DNA of 64,000 nucleotides from Veleropilina oligotropha (Eukaryota): NCBI GenBank assembly GCA_048128005.1, contig JBEUKZ010000023.1, positions 248,001 to 312,000 of the forward strand, read 5' to 3'. Shown piece by piece: positions 13,255 to 22,760 of this stretch (position 1 is its first letter; each line of letters starts with the position of its first letter). The notes under the pieces were generated by a model. It saw only the letters and a program-made list of their open reading frames with translations, ran no database searches and was not told where the DNA came from. The position numbers and the translations under genes were made by a program.

Positions 13255-13683
13255 TTAGGCGAGCTTGTAGGCGACCAACCCGGTCGCAGCCATCCCCAGG
13301 ATGATGAAGGTGATCTCACGTCCCTTCTGGCCATCGCTCGGTGTGTAGTAGTCAGACAGCTGGGGCTCAGGGCCACCCCCCAGGTCGGGGTCAAGGTTCT
13401 TGCCGGTGATCAATGCATACTCACGGATCGCGGCGTCAACATCCCGGAATGTGCCAACGGCATGACCCTGGCGGCGAAGTTCAACGTTCAGCCAGTCGAG
13501 ACGCTCTGCCCTCTGTTGTGACCATTTAGTCTGAGCAGCGTTGAGCTGTTCTACAGCAATGTCGTGGCGTTTACGCTCCGCATCGACACCGGAGCTGCGT
13601 AGCTTCGAGAAGAGGAAGTTGGAGCCGCTGAAGGCGAGGGCGTTGACGAGAGCGCCCCCAACCAGCATCGCAATGGAAGCCAT
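13255..13683 (-). CDS. Viral membrane protein (N- and C-terminal hydrophobic segments, central coiled coil)
   Basis: MASIAMLVGGALVNALAF... and ITFIILGMAATGLVAY; tiles with neighbouring ORFs. Confidence 0.75.
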   Translation of the reverse strand: MASIAMLVGGALVNALAFSGSNFLFSKLRSSGVDAERKRHDIAVEQLNAAQTKWSQQRAERLDWLNVELRRQGHAVGTFRDVDAAIREYALITGKNLDPDLGGGPEPQLSDYYTPSDGQKGREITFIILGMAATGLVAYKLA

Positions 13684-13714
13684 TGAAATGCTGCGATTAT
13701 CTAGCAAGGTCCCA

Positions 13715-13954
13715 CTACTTCAATATATCGGCCGGAATGATGCCTTGCTTGATCAGCATGTCTTTCGTCGCCATGGCGAGCGATACGTCGAGGACGACCA
13801 TCCCGACATCGTACCCCGTGAAGTCCAGTTTGGGGCTCGCTCCCTTGAATACCATCTTTGTCAGGCGTGCGTAGCCTATGGCGAGGCCTGACACTATAGC
13901 GGCGTGGTATACAGCGTTGCCGAGCATCTTTCCATCAGTGATTGGGGTAGTCAT
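13715..13954 (-). CDS. Small hydrophobic viral protein (79 aa)
   Basis: ATG start, two hydrophobic helices, tiles between neighbours. Confidence 0.7.
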   Translation of the reverse strand: MTTPITDGKMLGNAVYHAAIVSGLAIGYARLTKMVFKGASPKLDFTGYDVGMVVLDVSLAMATKDMLIKQGIIPADILK

Positions 13955-13979
13955 AACTGTTGATTAGTACCGTTTGCGA

Positions 13980-14471
13980 CTATTGCATATGAAAAGGGTT
14001 CTGCTTCTTCAATTCGATAGTGGGGGCGGCCCGAGAGCACCGAGCGTCCGCGTCTGGTGGCTGTTGATGTGGTGTGGATGGACCAGGGTTGCTGCGTTCT
14101 GAGGACGTCTTCCAGACAACAAATACCAACGCAACCGTACCGGCAGCGACGGCTACCTGGGTCCAATTAAATGGGTCCGATTTCCGTGTATCTGGCGCAC
14201 ACGGTCTTTCTGCGGCTGGAACCGCCTCCCCGGGCTGTTCTGATGGAACGACAACACTTGTTGGGGCACTCAGGTCTTCTTTCATTTTTCGAACCGCGGC
14301 CAGTAGCTTCTCCTGCTTGGCTTTTCGAGCAGCAGCGCCGGCCCTCCCTGCAGCCACTTTTTTCGGGTCCTTTTTACTCACTGATGAGTCCGTCGAAGAA
14401 GTCACCCTCTCTATCGGCTGGCTCTCGATCGGCTGTCTCTCGATCACTTGGTCCACTTCCGGCGTTGTCAT
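13980..14471 (-). CDS. Viral protein with basic KKDPKKVAAGRAGAAARK segment and one TM helix
   Basis: Basic helix plus VAVAAGTVALVFVVW; start chosen at MTTPEV (14501 is an alternative). Confidence 0.7.
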   Translation of the reverse strand: MTTPEVDQVIERQPIESQPIERVTSSTDSSVSKKDPKKVAAGRAGAAARKAKQEKLLAAVRKMKEDLSAPTSVVVPSEQPGEAVPAAERPCAPDTRKSDPFNWTQVAVAAGTVALVFVVWKTSSERSNPGPSTPHQQPPDADARCSRAAPTIELKKQNPFHMQ

Positions 14472-15132
14472 CTTGATCTGGTATCTTAGGCGGGCAAACA
14501 TGTCCAAATTGGCAGTGCTTAGCCGTGGTCAACGCTGCGGTCAGCGGTGCGAGGTACATGCCATATTTATAATACAGCTCACAGCTTGCAGTGGTCAGGG
14601 CATGTGAGATGAACGGGTCGGCCTCGAGATCAGCGATCAGTCGTAGCTGGTTTGCTGGTGGAATGGGCAGGAACATCCCAGCTGCACCCGCATACAGCTG
14701 TATAGCAGCGGCCCCGAGGGTCTTCGTCATGTCAGCACCTAGCTTCGCTTCATACCGTGCGTGGTGTTTCTCAACCTCGTCGTCAGTCATATCGTCGATT
14801 CGGTCCACTGTGAGGTTACGCCCCATGTATCTGTGGGCCCCTCCAACGGCTAATGCTGCAAGCCTCTCCCGTTTCTTTGCCACCCCTATGGAGCCAGTTT
14901 CAGGTTCCTCGTGCTGCGAGCAGCGTTTGGTCGTCGAGCGGGGTGAGCTGCTGCTCACGGTCGTTTCTTCCTCGTCATCCATGAGTTGATCGATGAGGCT
15001 GTCCATCCTTAAGCGTTTCCAACATCTCCTCGCCAGTCTAATATAGCGATAATGCCAATACCACAACGTTACGAGTAGCAACAAGATCAGGCTCTGGCTG
15101 AAAGCAAAAGCTATGTATACCGCGTCCGACAT
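14374..15132 (-). CDS. Hypothetical viral protein with N-terminal TM segment
   Basis: 252-aa ATG ORF in the minus-strand run; an internal start at 15006 (MDSLID) is possible. Confidence 0.7.
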   Translation of the reverse strand: MSDAVYIAFAFSQSLILLLLVTLWYWHYRYIRLARRCWKRLRMDSLIDQLMDDEEETTVSSSSPRSTTKRCSQHEEPETGSIGVAKKRERLAALAVGGAHRYMGRNLTVDRIDDMTDDEVEKHHARYEAKLGADMTKTLGAAAIQLYAGAAGMFLPIPPANQLRLIADLEADPFISHALTTASCELYYKYGMYLAPLTAALTTAKHCQFGHVCPPKIPDQDDNAGSGPSDRETADREPADREGDFFDGLISE

Positions 15133-15185
15133 GCCTAGCTAGCTAAGTAGCTGCTAAGTAGATGTTAGGGCTAGCCAAGTAGCTG

Positions 15186-15818
15186 CTAAAGCACACTATA
15201 AGCAACGGGCTGATCGGTCTTTAACAGAAGCTTAGCGTGTCGTGTCTCGGCCAACAGCCGGCGAACCTCGGTCCGTTCATCCTGCGACGGGATTACATCG
15301 TTCTCGCGCAGACAGTCCTCGAAACTGTCGCGGTCCTTGCAATGGAACAGCGCGACCCAGCGGGTCTGCTCTCTGAGCTCCTTCAAGACCGAGTTGTACT
15401 TTTGCGTCACTACCCATACGCTCTGGGAAGCATGCCTGCCGCTGAAGGCCAACAAAGTCAGCATGTCCCTCCTCTTTGCCATAGCCTTGCTCGCGGCGCA
15501 GTCGTCGATGATATATAAAGTTGATTCCCCCTGAAACAGTCGGTAGAACCCCCGCAGCCAGTCATGGAGTCGCTCACCCGGGGGGACTAAATACACCTCA
15601 GGGTCGGTCCAGATCCACGGACAAGACTGGTATGCTTTGTTGTACTTGATCGTGGGGCAGAGGACCACGATATGCCGGAAGACGCCTCGATACTCCCCCT
15701 CCAGCAGTTCAAGCATGAAAACCGTCTTCCCACAGCCCGTCTGGCCGCAGATGATTGCGGAGTGGGGGTCCTTGGTGTGCGGAAATCGTTTAGTACAGTG
15801 CTTCGACGAATCGGCCAT
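15186..15818 (-). CDS. A32/FtsK-HerA family DNA packaging ATPase
   Basis: Walker A GQTGCGKT, Walker B YIIDD, SGRH arginine-finger motif, VVTQ glutamine motif. Confidence 0.93.
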   Translation of the reverse strand: MADSSKHCTKRFPHTKDPHSAIICGQTGCGKTVFMLELLEGEYRGVFRHIVVLCPTIKYNKAYQSCPWIWTDPEVYLVPPGERLHDWLRGFYRLFQGESTLYIIDDCAASKAMAKRRDMLTLLAFSGRHASQSVWVVTQKYNSVLKELREQTRWVALFHCKDRDSFEDCLRENDVIPSQDERTEVRRLLAETRHAKLLLKTDQPVAYSVL

Positions 15819-17091
15819 TCTCGATATTCAGCTGTGCGTCCATGATCACGAACTCGTAGACGTTCAGTGGACCGGCCGCTTCGGCTGTTTTAGTGATCTG
15901 AATAGTAATGCCTTCGCTGGCGTTCTCGACCCTCCGGCCTGACCCGTGCAACTGATCGTCGTCAGTTACCCGCATATCGATCCAGAGCGCAAATTTCTTA
16001 GTCAGAAATTCGCCCAGGGTGACGTCTGCCATCTCCAAGTCCTTTGCGACCATCGCGACCTCAGGATGCCGCTTGCTGCAGCCGGAGGCGAACATTTTCT
16101 TGGCTTCTTCCCAGATCTGGTATGTTCGCATGCCCTGGCTGTAGATTTGATTCGGGACACCCTCGATTGTGACCTCGACCTTTGTGATCTTCGGATTATA
16201 GAAGGCCTCAGTATCGCGAGAGAATGGTGCGGCGTCTCTCGCAGGGTCCTCGAACAACAGTAGTATTCCTTTCATCGACCTCGCCGGTACGTTCACATTC
16301 ATATTCCACAACGAGTCGCTCTTGTCTAGGGTGAGCTTCCGATGCCGGAGAACACGGTCGTACAGGATTACGAGTTGACCCTGGTATTGATTTCGAATCC
16401 GTCTGGCAAGCTCGGATTGGGTTACCATGTCATATTCGAGGGATATATTGTCGATGGAATAGCTGGAACCGGAGTCGTCCGTCTCCCGGATAGTCCGGGA
16501 GTAGTCGTTGAACGTTAGCTCATACTCGAGACGGTCTCCAAGGGCGCTTTGATAGAATGGCATGTGACTTTCCAACAGCTCGAAATCCAGCGGGATGCGG
16601 AATCGGTTACCGTACGCGGCCGCGACCGCGACATCCTCAGACAGTCTAAAGGCGTCTGCCGCACCAACACGATGCTTCGTAGTGTTGTGTCCATCGCTGG
16701 TATCAATCCCCTGGTACTGGGCGTTCTTGCGCTCCCCGGTGGTCTTCCAGAGATCGCGGTAGCAGTGGTACACGTCGGAGTCGTCAATCGACATGATCTC
16801 GTTTCCACTTATCTTTATCGTGGTCTTTCTGATCACGGCACGGCCGATATTTTGCACTACAGTCCTATTCGCATTTACCGAGGTCAGTGAGATGGTAAAT
16901 GCAAGGTGGGCAGTACCTGGAACGATCACGTCATTCGCCCCGAGATTAGGGAACCGAACCAGGAGCTGCTGGTTCGGGGCAATCGTTGATGGATTGTTTG
17001 TAATCGTGACCGACTGGCGGATGCCCTTGACTGCGAGGGGCTCACGCAGCCTGCGGTATGGATTAAGCTTGCGTCCGTATACGCTAGTCAT
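15790..17091 (-). CDS. Putative double jelly-roll major capsid protein
   Basis: ~433 aa, beta-strand-rich pattern, adjacent to and overlapping the packaging ATPase; first ATG at 17091; fold inferred, not computed. Confidence 0.75.
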   Translation of the reverse strand: MTSVYGRKLNPYRRLREPLAVKGIRQSVTITNNPSTIAPNQQLLVRFPNLGANDVIVPGTAHLAFTISLTSVNANRTVVQNIGRAVIRKTTIKISGNEIMSIDDSDVYHCYRDLWKTTGERKNAQYQGIDTSDGHNTTKHRVGAADAFRLSEDVAVAAAYGNRFRIPLDFELLESHMPFYQSALGDRLEYELTFNDYSRTIRETDDSGSSYSIDNISLEYDMVTQSELARRIRNQYQGQLVILYDRVLRHRKLTLDKSDSLWNMNVNVPARSMKGILLLFEDPARDAAPFSRDTEAFYNPKITKVEVTIEGVPNQIYSQGMRTYQIWEEAKKMFASGCSKRHPEVAMVAKDLEMADVTLGEFLTKKFALWIDMRVTDDDQLHGSGRRVENASEGITIQITKTAEAAGPLNVYEFVIMDAQLNIENGRFVEALY

Positions 17092-17127
17092 GGCTGAATT
17101 AGATGCGTATCCCACTGATGTATTCAA

Positions 17128-18441
17128 ATGGCGGAATTCGATAACCCCGCATTCGAGCCGGACGATCTCATCGACAACGATGATACCATCATCGACGATA
17201 CTGATGTGGATCTATCCACCGACCGGTTTATGCCTGTTCTTTCGGAACGGCCACAGGAAGGAACCAGCAGTCTTCAGCAAGAGCTCGTTCAGGGCGTGGT
17301 TGACGACTACTACAAAGCCCTGGCACAGGAGGGGCAGACCCCAGCCGCAGGGCGAGATTATTCAAAATTCAAGTATGTGAGGGGAAAATTAGGGCGGGGG
17401 GGAAAATTGGTGATGACGGACTACCCCGACATCAATCTCATAAATTCTCGCACCGGCAACCCCTTGGCGTTGTCAACAATAGCTGGCCGGCCTGGTGGGG
17501 GTGATGCAATCCGTGAAGGGTTGGGTTTTGTACACTGGACGCGGGGGGGACAAAAGCCGTCCTCAAAAGCGGTTGCAGCTCTTCAGACAGCCGACAACGA
17601 GTTGAGCGGTGCGGCCGCTAATGTCGAAAACATAGAACTGCGGGACTTGGGGCAGACTGCTACTGATGCCTCGGTAGCAATCCACACGATGGAGACGAAA
17701 TTCACTGATGCCGAGGTTGAAGAGATCTTAGGCACAATGGGGGACCCTCCATTAAATCTTCGCGAGCTTCGCGGACTTGACAAGGCGATGCAGACCATCC
17801 GAGGCGAACTAACCAACAATCTAGCCAAACTAACGGCGCTGGACGAACACATAGAGCTGGAGAAGATGAAGCTCGATCAGGCAGATGAAGAGGGCGGTGT
17901 GGATGAGTTCATCCGTCGACGGATCGCGGAACGTCTGCGCGACCTGAATGATGAAAGAGCAGCTCGCCTAGAGGCAGCATCATCAAGCCGGGAGGCCCTT
18001 CGCTCTCAAATCAGCCGGATCCGAGAGATGATAAGTCGGATCCTGAACACCGACACAACGCTGGCCGAGCGTATCCGGACCCTGTTCCGCGAGCAAGGGG
18101 TCACGATCGCAACAATACTCACCGCTATCGGGCTCGCCATCTCGACTTTGGTACTAGCCCTGACAGGTGGAGCAACAAGCCCGCCAACGCCACCACCACC
18201 TCCCAGTGGTCAGGGCGGGGTCAAGGAGTGGGTAAAAAAGCAGCTGCAGAACTTGGGAAGGATTCTAGGCAAACTAGCAGGGAAGGCCGCAGCCGCGCTC
18301 CCAGGAATACTTGGAAGCCTGGTCTCCTGGCTAATCAACCTGATTGGCAAGACAGCATCGTGGCTCGCTGAAAACCTATGGGCACTGGTCATATCAGTTG
18401 GGGGCTTGCTTCTTATTGCCGCTAGACAGTGGGTCACGTAA
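17128..18441 (+). CDS. Viral coiled-coil protein with C-terminal membrane segments
   Basis: 437 aa; acidic N-terminus, long heptad region, hydrophobic helices near the C-terminus flanking a Pro-rich linker. Confidence 0.85.
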   Translation: MAEFDNPAFEPDDLIDNDDTIIDDTDVDLSTDRFMPVLSERPQEGTSSLQQELVQGVVDDYYKALAQEGQTPAAGRDYSKFKYVRGKLGRGGKLVMTDYPDINLINSRTGNPLALSTIAGRPGGGDAIREGLGFVHWTRGGQKPSSKAVAALQTADNELSGAAANVENIELRDLGQTATDASVAIHTMETKFTDAEVEEILGTMGDPPLNLRELRGLDKAMQTIRGELTNNLAKLTALDEHIELEKMKLDQADEEGGVDEFIRRRIAERLRDLNDERAARLEAASSSREALRSQISRIREMISRILNTDTTLAERIRTLFREQGVTIATILTAIGLAISTLVLALTGGATSPPTPPPPPSGQGGVKEWVKKQLQNLGRILGKLAGKAAAALPGILGSLVSWLINLIGKTASWLAENLWALVISVGGLLLIAARQWVT

Positions 18442-19726
18442 GCCAAATGAACGCTAGGCCAACGACAATGCCGCCCACGATAAGTGCGGTTTTATCCTCG
18501 TCATGTTTGGTTGCCCCAGCTGAAACAGCCGCCACTGAGGCCACAGCTGGCAGAGAGCTTGGATGCTTCGGAGTAACTACCGGTATGCTTGCATCTGCGT
18601 CTTGTGGAATAACCAGTCCTGTTTCTCCAGTATCCCCAGTGGCGTTGGGCGGCACAGGATTGGCCGCGTTCACCGTAGTATTAAGACCGAGTGTCTGGTC
18701 TTCCGTGGCGACGACGATCTCATTGTTATAACCAGCCACCTGCCCGATCCGTAGAAGCATGTTACTTGGCGCCATGTACAGGCCAACGCCGAATACGAAG
18801 TCCACTTTGGACCTCGCATACTGGAGCACCTCTTGGTACCGTTTGATGGCTGCTGGGAGGTCAACGGGGGATGCGATGGCGTCTTCCACGTTCGCCAGGA
18901 ACTGTTTCTGTGCGTCAAACGCCGTCCCACTACCCAGAATACTTGCACGCGTTTGAGCCTGCGCTCCAAGAATAGCCCAGACGTAGGTCCTGATGGAATC
19001 ATTGAGCCTTTCCACGCCGGCCCTCGTGAATCCCACCGACCTGTCCAGAATAAAAGTAGCCCAACCGTTTTTAAGTGCAGGCGCTTGCGCGATGTAGTCC
19101 ACGTGCAGATTCGTGTTGGTCGTACCTTTGGTGAAGGACATTCGGCTTGGATCATAGTCACGTCCGATGGGGTGGTAGCCGTTGTTCGTCCAGTAGCTGT
19201 AAGCGGTGCCTAGTCCGCCGTTGGGACCCTTGACACGCCAGTCGGTATGGGGAGACACCCCAAATTCGCTGCAGATCTTCTCATATGCCCTGCGGTCATA
19301 CGGGTTGTCGAATGCATCCCACGTCCGGTCCTGTGGCAGCGGCGCCTGAATTTCGGATAAGATTCGTCTGACCTGATAGTAGACGTGGAAGGTGAATACA
19401 GCAGTGGAGAGGGGGTCGGTCGCATTTAAGTGGTCTTCTGAGGAGATTCCGGAACCTGTTGTGGCACACCAAACTGCGAAATTGACCTTGTTCTGCCAGA
19501 ACCTCATCGGCGTGCTGTTCCAATCCCTTATCAGCCCGTCACTAGCGACATGAGGGAGGCGGTATTTCTGAAAGACGTCAGGGTATGTTGCCCCGAATGT
19601 AGTGGTTGAGCTATTACCCACATTGATGCTTGGTCTCGTAAGCTGCTCATCTTTGATCTTTGCTGGGTACACCACACCGGTCGGATAGGCCGCACTCCTA
19701 TTAAACGCAAAGGCGCTCTTAGCCAT
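18434..19726 (-). CDS. Viral protein with C-terminal membrane anchor
   Basis: 430 aa; globular region, P/T/A-rich linker, ALIVGGIVVGLAFIW at the C-terminus. Confidence 0.85.
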   Translation of the reverse strand: MAKSAFAFNRSAAYPTGVVYPAKIKDEQLTRPSINVGNSSTTTFGATYPDVFQKYRLPHVASDGLIRDWNSTPMRFWQNKVNFAVWCATTGSGISSEDHLNATDPLSTAVFTFHVYYQVRRILSEIQAPLPQDRTWDAFDNPYDRRAYEKICSEFGVSPHTDWRVKGPNGGLGTAYSYWTNNGYHPIGRDYDPSRMSFTKGTTNTNLHVDYIAQAPALKNGWATFILDRSVGFTRAGVERLNDSIRTYVWAILGAQAQTRASILGSGTAFDAQKQFLANVEDAIASPVDLPAAIKRYQEVLQYARSKVDFVFGVGLYMAPSNMLLRIGQVAGYNNEIVVATEDQTLGLNTTVNAANPVPPNATGDTGETGLVIPQDADASIPVVTPKHPSSLPAVASVAAVSAGATKHDEDKTALIVGGIVVGLAFIWLT

Positions 19727-19733
19727 AGCTACT

Positions 19734-20474
19734 ATGTTTCACACATTAACAAACGTTCAAGAGGGGACCGCGGTTGCCCTCCTGGAGCCGATTGATAACC
19801 GGGACAGCAAGCTATGTGTCAGCTTGCAGTCGCTCGACTATTGGGTAGGCTGGCACAACGTGCATGCCGGAGCCTTCTTTAAGACCCCGGATACCACGGT
19901 CGACGTGGCACCAGGTTTCTACAGCTTCGATGACCTCGCCAAGACGATGAAGAGGTCGCTAGTTAACCTACAACTAGATGTAAGCCATGCTACAGGGCTC
20001 GCCCGAATCGTGGTCCCAGAGGGGACTCGACTCGCGATAAGTGACGATATACGAAAACTCCTCGGCTTAGACCTCTCTTCGTTTATTCTCGATAAAGCAG
20101 GGAATCTGAACCAACCGGTTCGGGGAGTACAGGGCCAACCACCTCCCCCTCCGGAGAGATCCGAGTGGCTACGCCCTGGGACTTATGACGGGAATAAGCC
20201 TGTCGGGTTTGCCATAGCGCCAACCCTGCACGTCCACCTGGAGCAGCTTAGTACAACGCACAATGTGAAGGACGGCGCCCCGAGCACTATTCTCGCGGTG
20301 GTCCCTATCACGTCGCAGATGTTCGGTGAAGCTGGCCACTATCATAGCTATCCCGCCGGCCGGCGACTACAGGCCGGGCTAATCACAGAGTTGAAGGTTT
20401 ACATCACAGACTCAGATGGTAAACCGCTCGACAATCACGGTATGCCTATTTCCGCAGTCCTTGCGATACAATGA
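19734..20474 (+). CDS. Putative minor capsid (penton, single jelly-roll) protein
   Basis: Polinton penton-like C-terminus LHVHLEQL..DGAPSTILAVVP..ITELKVYITDSDGKPLDNHG.PIS. Confidence 0.75.
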   Translation: MFHTLTNVQEGTAVALLEPIDNRDSKLCVSLQSLDYWVGWHNVHAGAFFKTPDTTVDVAPGFYSFDDLAKTMKRSLVNLQLDVSHATGLARIVVPEGTRLAISDDIRKLLGLDLSSFILDKAGNLNQPVRGVQGQPPPPPERSEWLRPGTYDGNKPVGFAIAPTLHVHLEQLSTTHNVKDGAPSTILAVVPITSQMFGEAGHYHSYPAGRRLQAGLITELKVYITDSDGKPLDNHGMPISAVLAIQ

Positions 20475-20818
20475 GCAGCATCTACGGGACCCTGCTTGCA
20501 GACGAGCCCTCTTCCCCGACCCGGTGGCACTTTGTCCTTAATTGTGGGGTAGCGCCCAATAAGGGGCTGGCGAGGAGGGAGTTCATGTTTCCAAACACTA
20601 GAGGTCGGTTCGGGTTGAACCCAGCCCTTCTAATGATCCACCTGACGCCGGTCCAGCCGGCCGGGGGCCCCAAGGCATGTTCCATAAGTAAACTCAGCCT
20701 GGATTCGGATAAGTTAACCCTCGCCTTTGTCATCAAGGCCCCGTGGGTCGGCACTCTGTATTTGAACGTTACAGTAGACATTTTAAACAAACAGGCGGAA
20801 CAATACAGCCACGTATGA
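20471..20818 (+). CDS. Small beta-rich hypothetical viral protein
   Basis: 115 aa; ATGA stop/start overlaps with both neighbours. Confidence 0.65.
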   Translation: MSSIYGTLLADEPSSPTRWHFVLNCGVAPNKGLARREFMFPNTRGRFGLNPALLMIHLTPVQPAGGPKACSISKLSLDSDKLTLAFVIKAPWVGTLYLNVTVDILNKQAEQYSHV

Positions 20819-21450
20819 TGGACAACAAACCCTCAGCGCCAACGCTGTACCCACAACTTGGTGGCGATGTGCCTTCGGAACTGCATGAGGCACAGTCTTT
20901 CCGACTACAGAAAGTGAATGAGCTTCAGGGACAATTAGAACGAGAACGGGATGCTCGGGCTGCACTATATAAAAAGTACCGACGAGGTGTTAACGTCGTT
21001 GACGGTATAGATAACGGACTAGTCGTCGCCACACTTGGTATGGGTAGCGCTGGAATTGGTCTACTGTCCACAATTGTAGCCGCCCCGGTCGTCCTAGTGC
21101 TGGAACTAGCGGCATTAGGGTGTGGGCTCGCTAGTATGGGTGGAAAGTATATCAGCCGGCGCCTCGGGGTGAAGGCTAAGAAACACGACGAGATTCGAGT
21201 CCTGGCCGACAGCAAGCTGAATACCATAACCGACCACGTCTCAAAGGCATTATCGGACGGGGTGATGTCTGATGATGAATTCCAACTGGTCACAGGGGAG
21301 ATGTTGAAATACCAAGCCATGAAGGCATCAATTCGGGATAAGAGTAGGAAGGCGCACACCGCGATTTCACAGACCCAGAGCGAGCTTATTGAGCGTGGTC
21401 GTTTAGAGGGTCGTGCAGAGCTGCTGAAAAAAATCGGAGCTGGCGACTAA
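20815..21450 (+). CDS. Polinton PX / 'gasderminX'-like membrane-active protein
   Basis: N-terminal PSAP and LYPQL, FRLQKV..coiled coil..YKKYRR, two central hydrophobic helices, KKHDEI; first ATG at 20815. Confidence 0.75.
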   Translation: MMDNKPSAPTLYPQLGGDVPSELHEAQSFRLQKVNELQGQLERERDARAALYKKYRRGVNVVDGIDNGLVVATLGMGSAGIGLLSTIVAAPVVLVLELAALGCGLASMGGKYISRRLGVKAKKHDEIRVLADSKLNTITDHVSKALSDGVMSDDEFQLVTGEMLKYQAMKASIRDKSRKAHTAISQTQSELIERGRLEGRAELLKKIGAGD

Positions 21451-21532
21451 CTATCCAGGTTGAGCGTAGCCACGACTACCCCGCTCCTCCCCCGTATTAA
21501 AGCTAGAAATCGACAGTGATATCTGGACAACC

Positions 21533-21964
21533 ATGAAATCCATGAAATCTATGCTACTGTGTATTGCCGCGGTGTGCTGGCTAGGGGGTGTGTCTACCCA
21601 GGCGTCGACACACAACACTGCATTAATTCTGGAACATACGTGGACTAGGTACCGAAATCATCCCAGGTATAACGCCCGATTTGACCCCTTACGTAGAAAC
21701 TTGCTTCTTCGCCCGGGTAGAGACCCCACCCCTGATGTCTCTCCACCGTCATGCCACTATTTTATTATCGGAGAGAATGACTGTAGCCCTGCCACACCAA
21801 GAGATACTGTCACATGTGTCCAGTGTTCGACCCCCTCGTTATGTCCTGGAAAAAATGGGGAGTATTATACCATGCTGTCTGGCTGCTTCGGTGTGTGGAG
21901 AAAAGTCGGACAAATCTCACCCTGTAATTGTACTTTAATATCGGGTAACTATATATTCATATAA
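21533..21964 (+). CDS. Putative secreted cysteine-rich protein (viral cargo)
   Basis: Signal-peptide-like MKSMLLCIAAVCWLGGVSTQA; 8 Cys in the predicted mature part. Confidence 0.6.
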   Translation: MKSMKSMLLCIAAVCWLGGVSTQASTHNTALILEHTWTRYRNHPRYNARFDPLRRNLLLRPGRDPTPDVSPPSCHYFIIGENDCSPATPRDTVTCVQCSTPSLCPGKNGEYYTMLSGCFGVWRKVGQISPCNCTLISGNYIFI

Positions 21965-22760
21965 ACCAGCTGCTCCTGCATTAAAACATATTTTTCCGGC
22001 TTTCCCCTGCGTATATTGTACCATTCAAAGTTGGTTGAAGTTCACGCAGGGGCTGCTTCACCTCTTTGTCTGATTGCGCTTGTAAAAAAAAGATAAAATT
22101 GAAAAACTCGAAAAAAATATTCTGTTTATTATTATTATTGCTTAAGTATGTATCATTGATGTCTCTCCTGTATATTCTTGTGTACATTGTACTGTAATAT
22201 TAGTTATAGTTTGTACTGCGCTTAGAGCTACACTAGGAGAGACATCAATGTATTAAATAATAATATTAATATCCCAGTCAGCCATTCTTGCCCGATTTAT
22301 CAATGGCAACAGTCGTTAAAAGCATGACACGCCATTTCTATAGTACTATAGAAATGCTGTCTGGCTGCTTCTGCGCGTATGAATGAAATACCTCGCAGTC
22401 CCGAGTCGACCCAGATATAAACATTTACTGGCTCAAGTCAAGAAAGATTGGCCCAGATTTCTTGTTCTGGTCCCCAACATTCTGTTTGGCACAGAAATAA
22501 TATATCAGTCCCCATGTTTACATGGTAGACAGTAATCTAGTGGAGTCATGGTCACGTGGCAATACAGCCTTCTAGAATGATCACAGATCGTCAACAAGTA
22601 TGTGTACGTGGAAAGCTCTAGAACGAACAGAGCTCGTCAACAAGTTATATATGGAAATGTGGCAATAAACTGATCTAGAAGGCTGTAGAAGGCTGGAGGG
22701 GGATTAGTGATATGAGTTTCGGCCGAAATGTCCACAGGTAAGTGTTTTAATTTAATTTAC

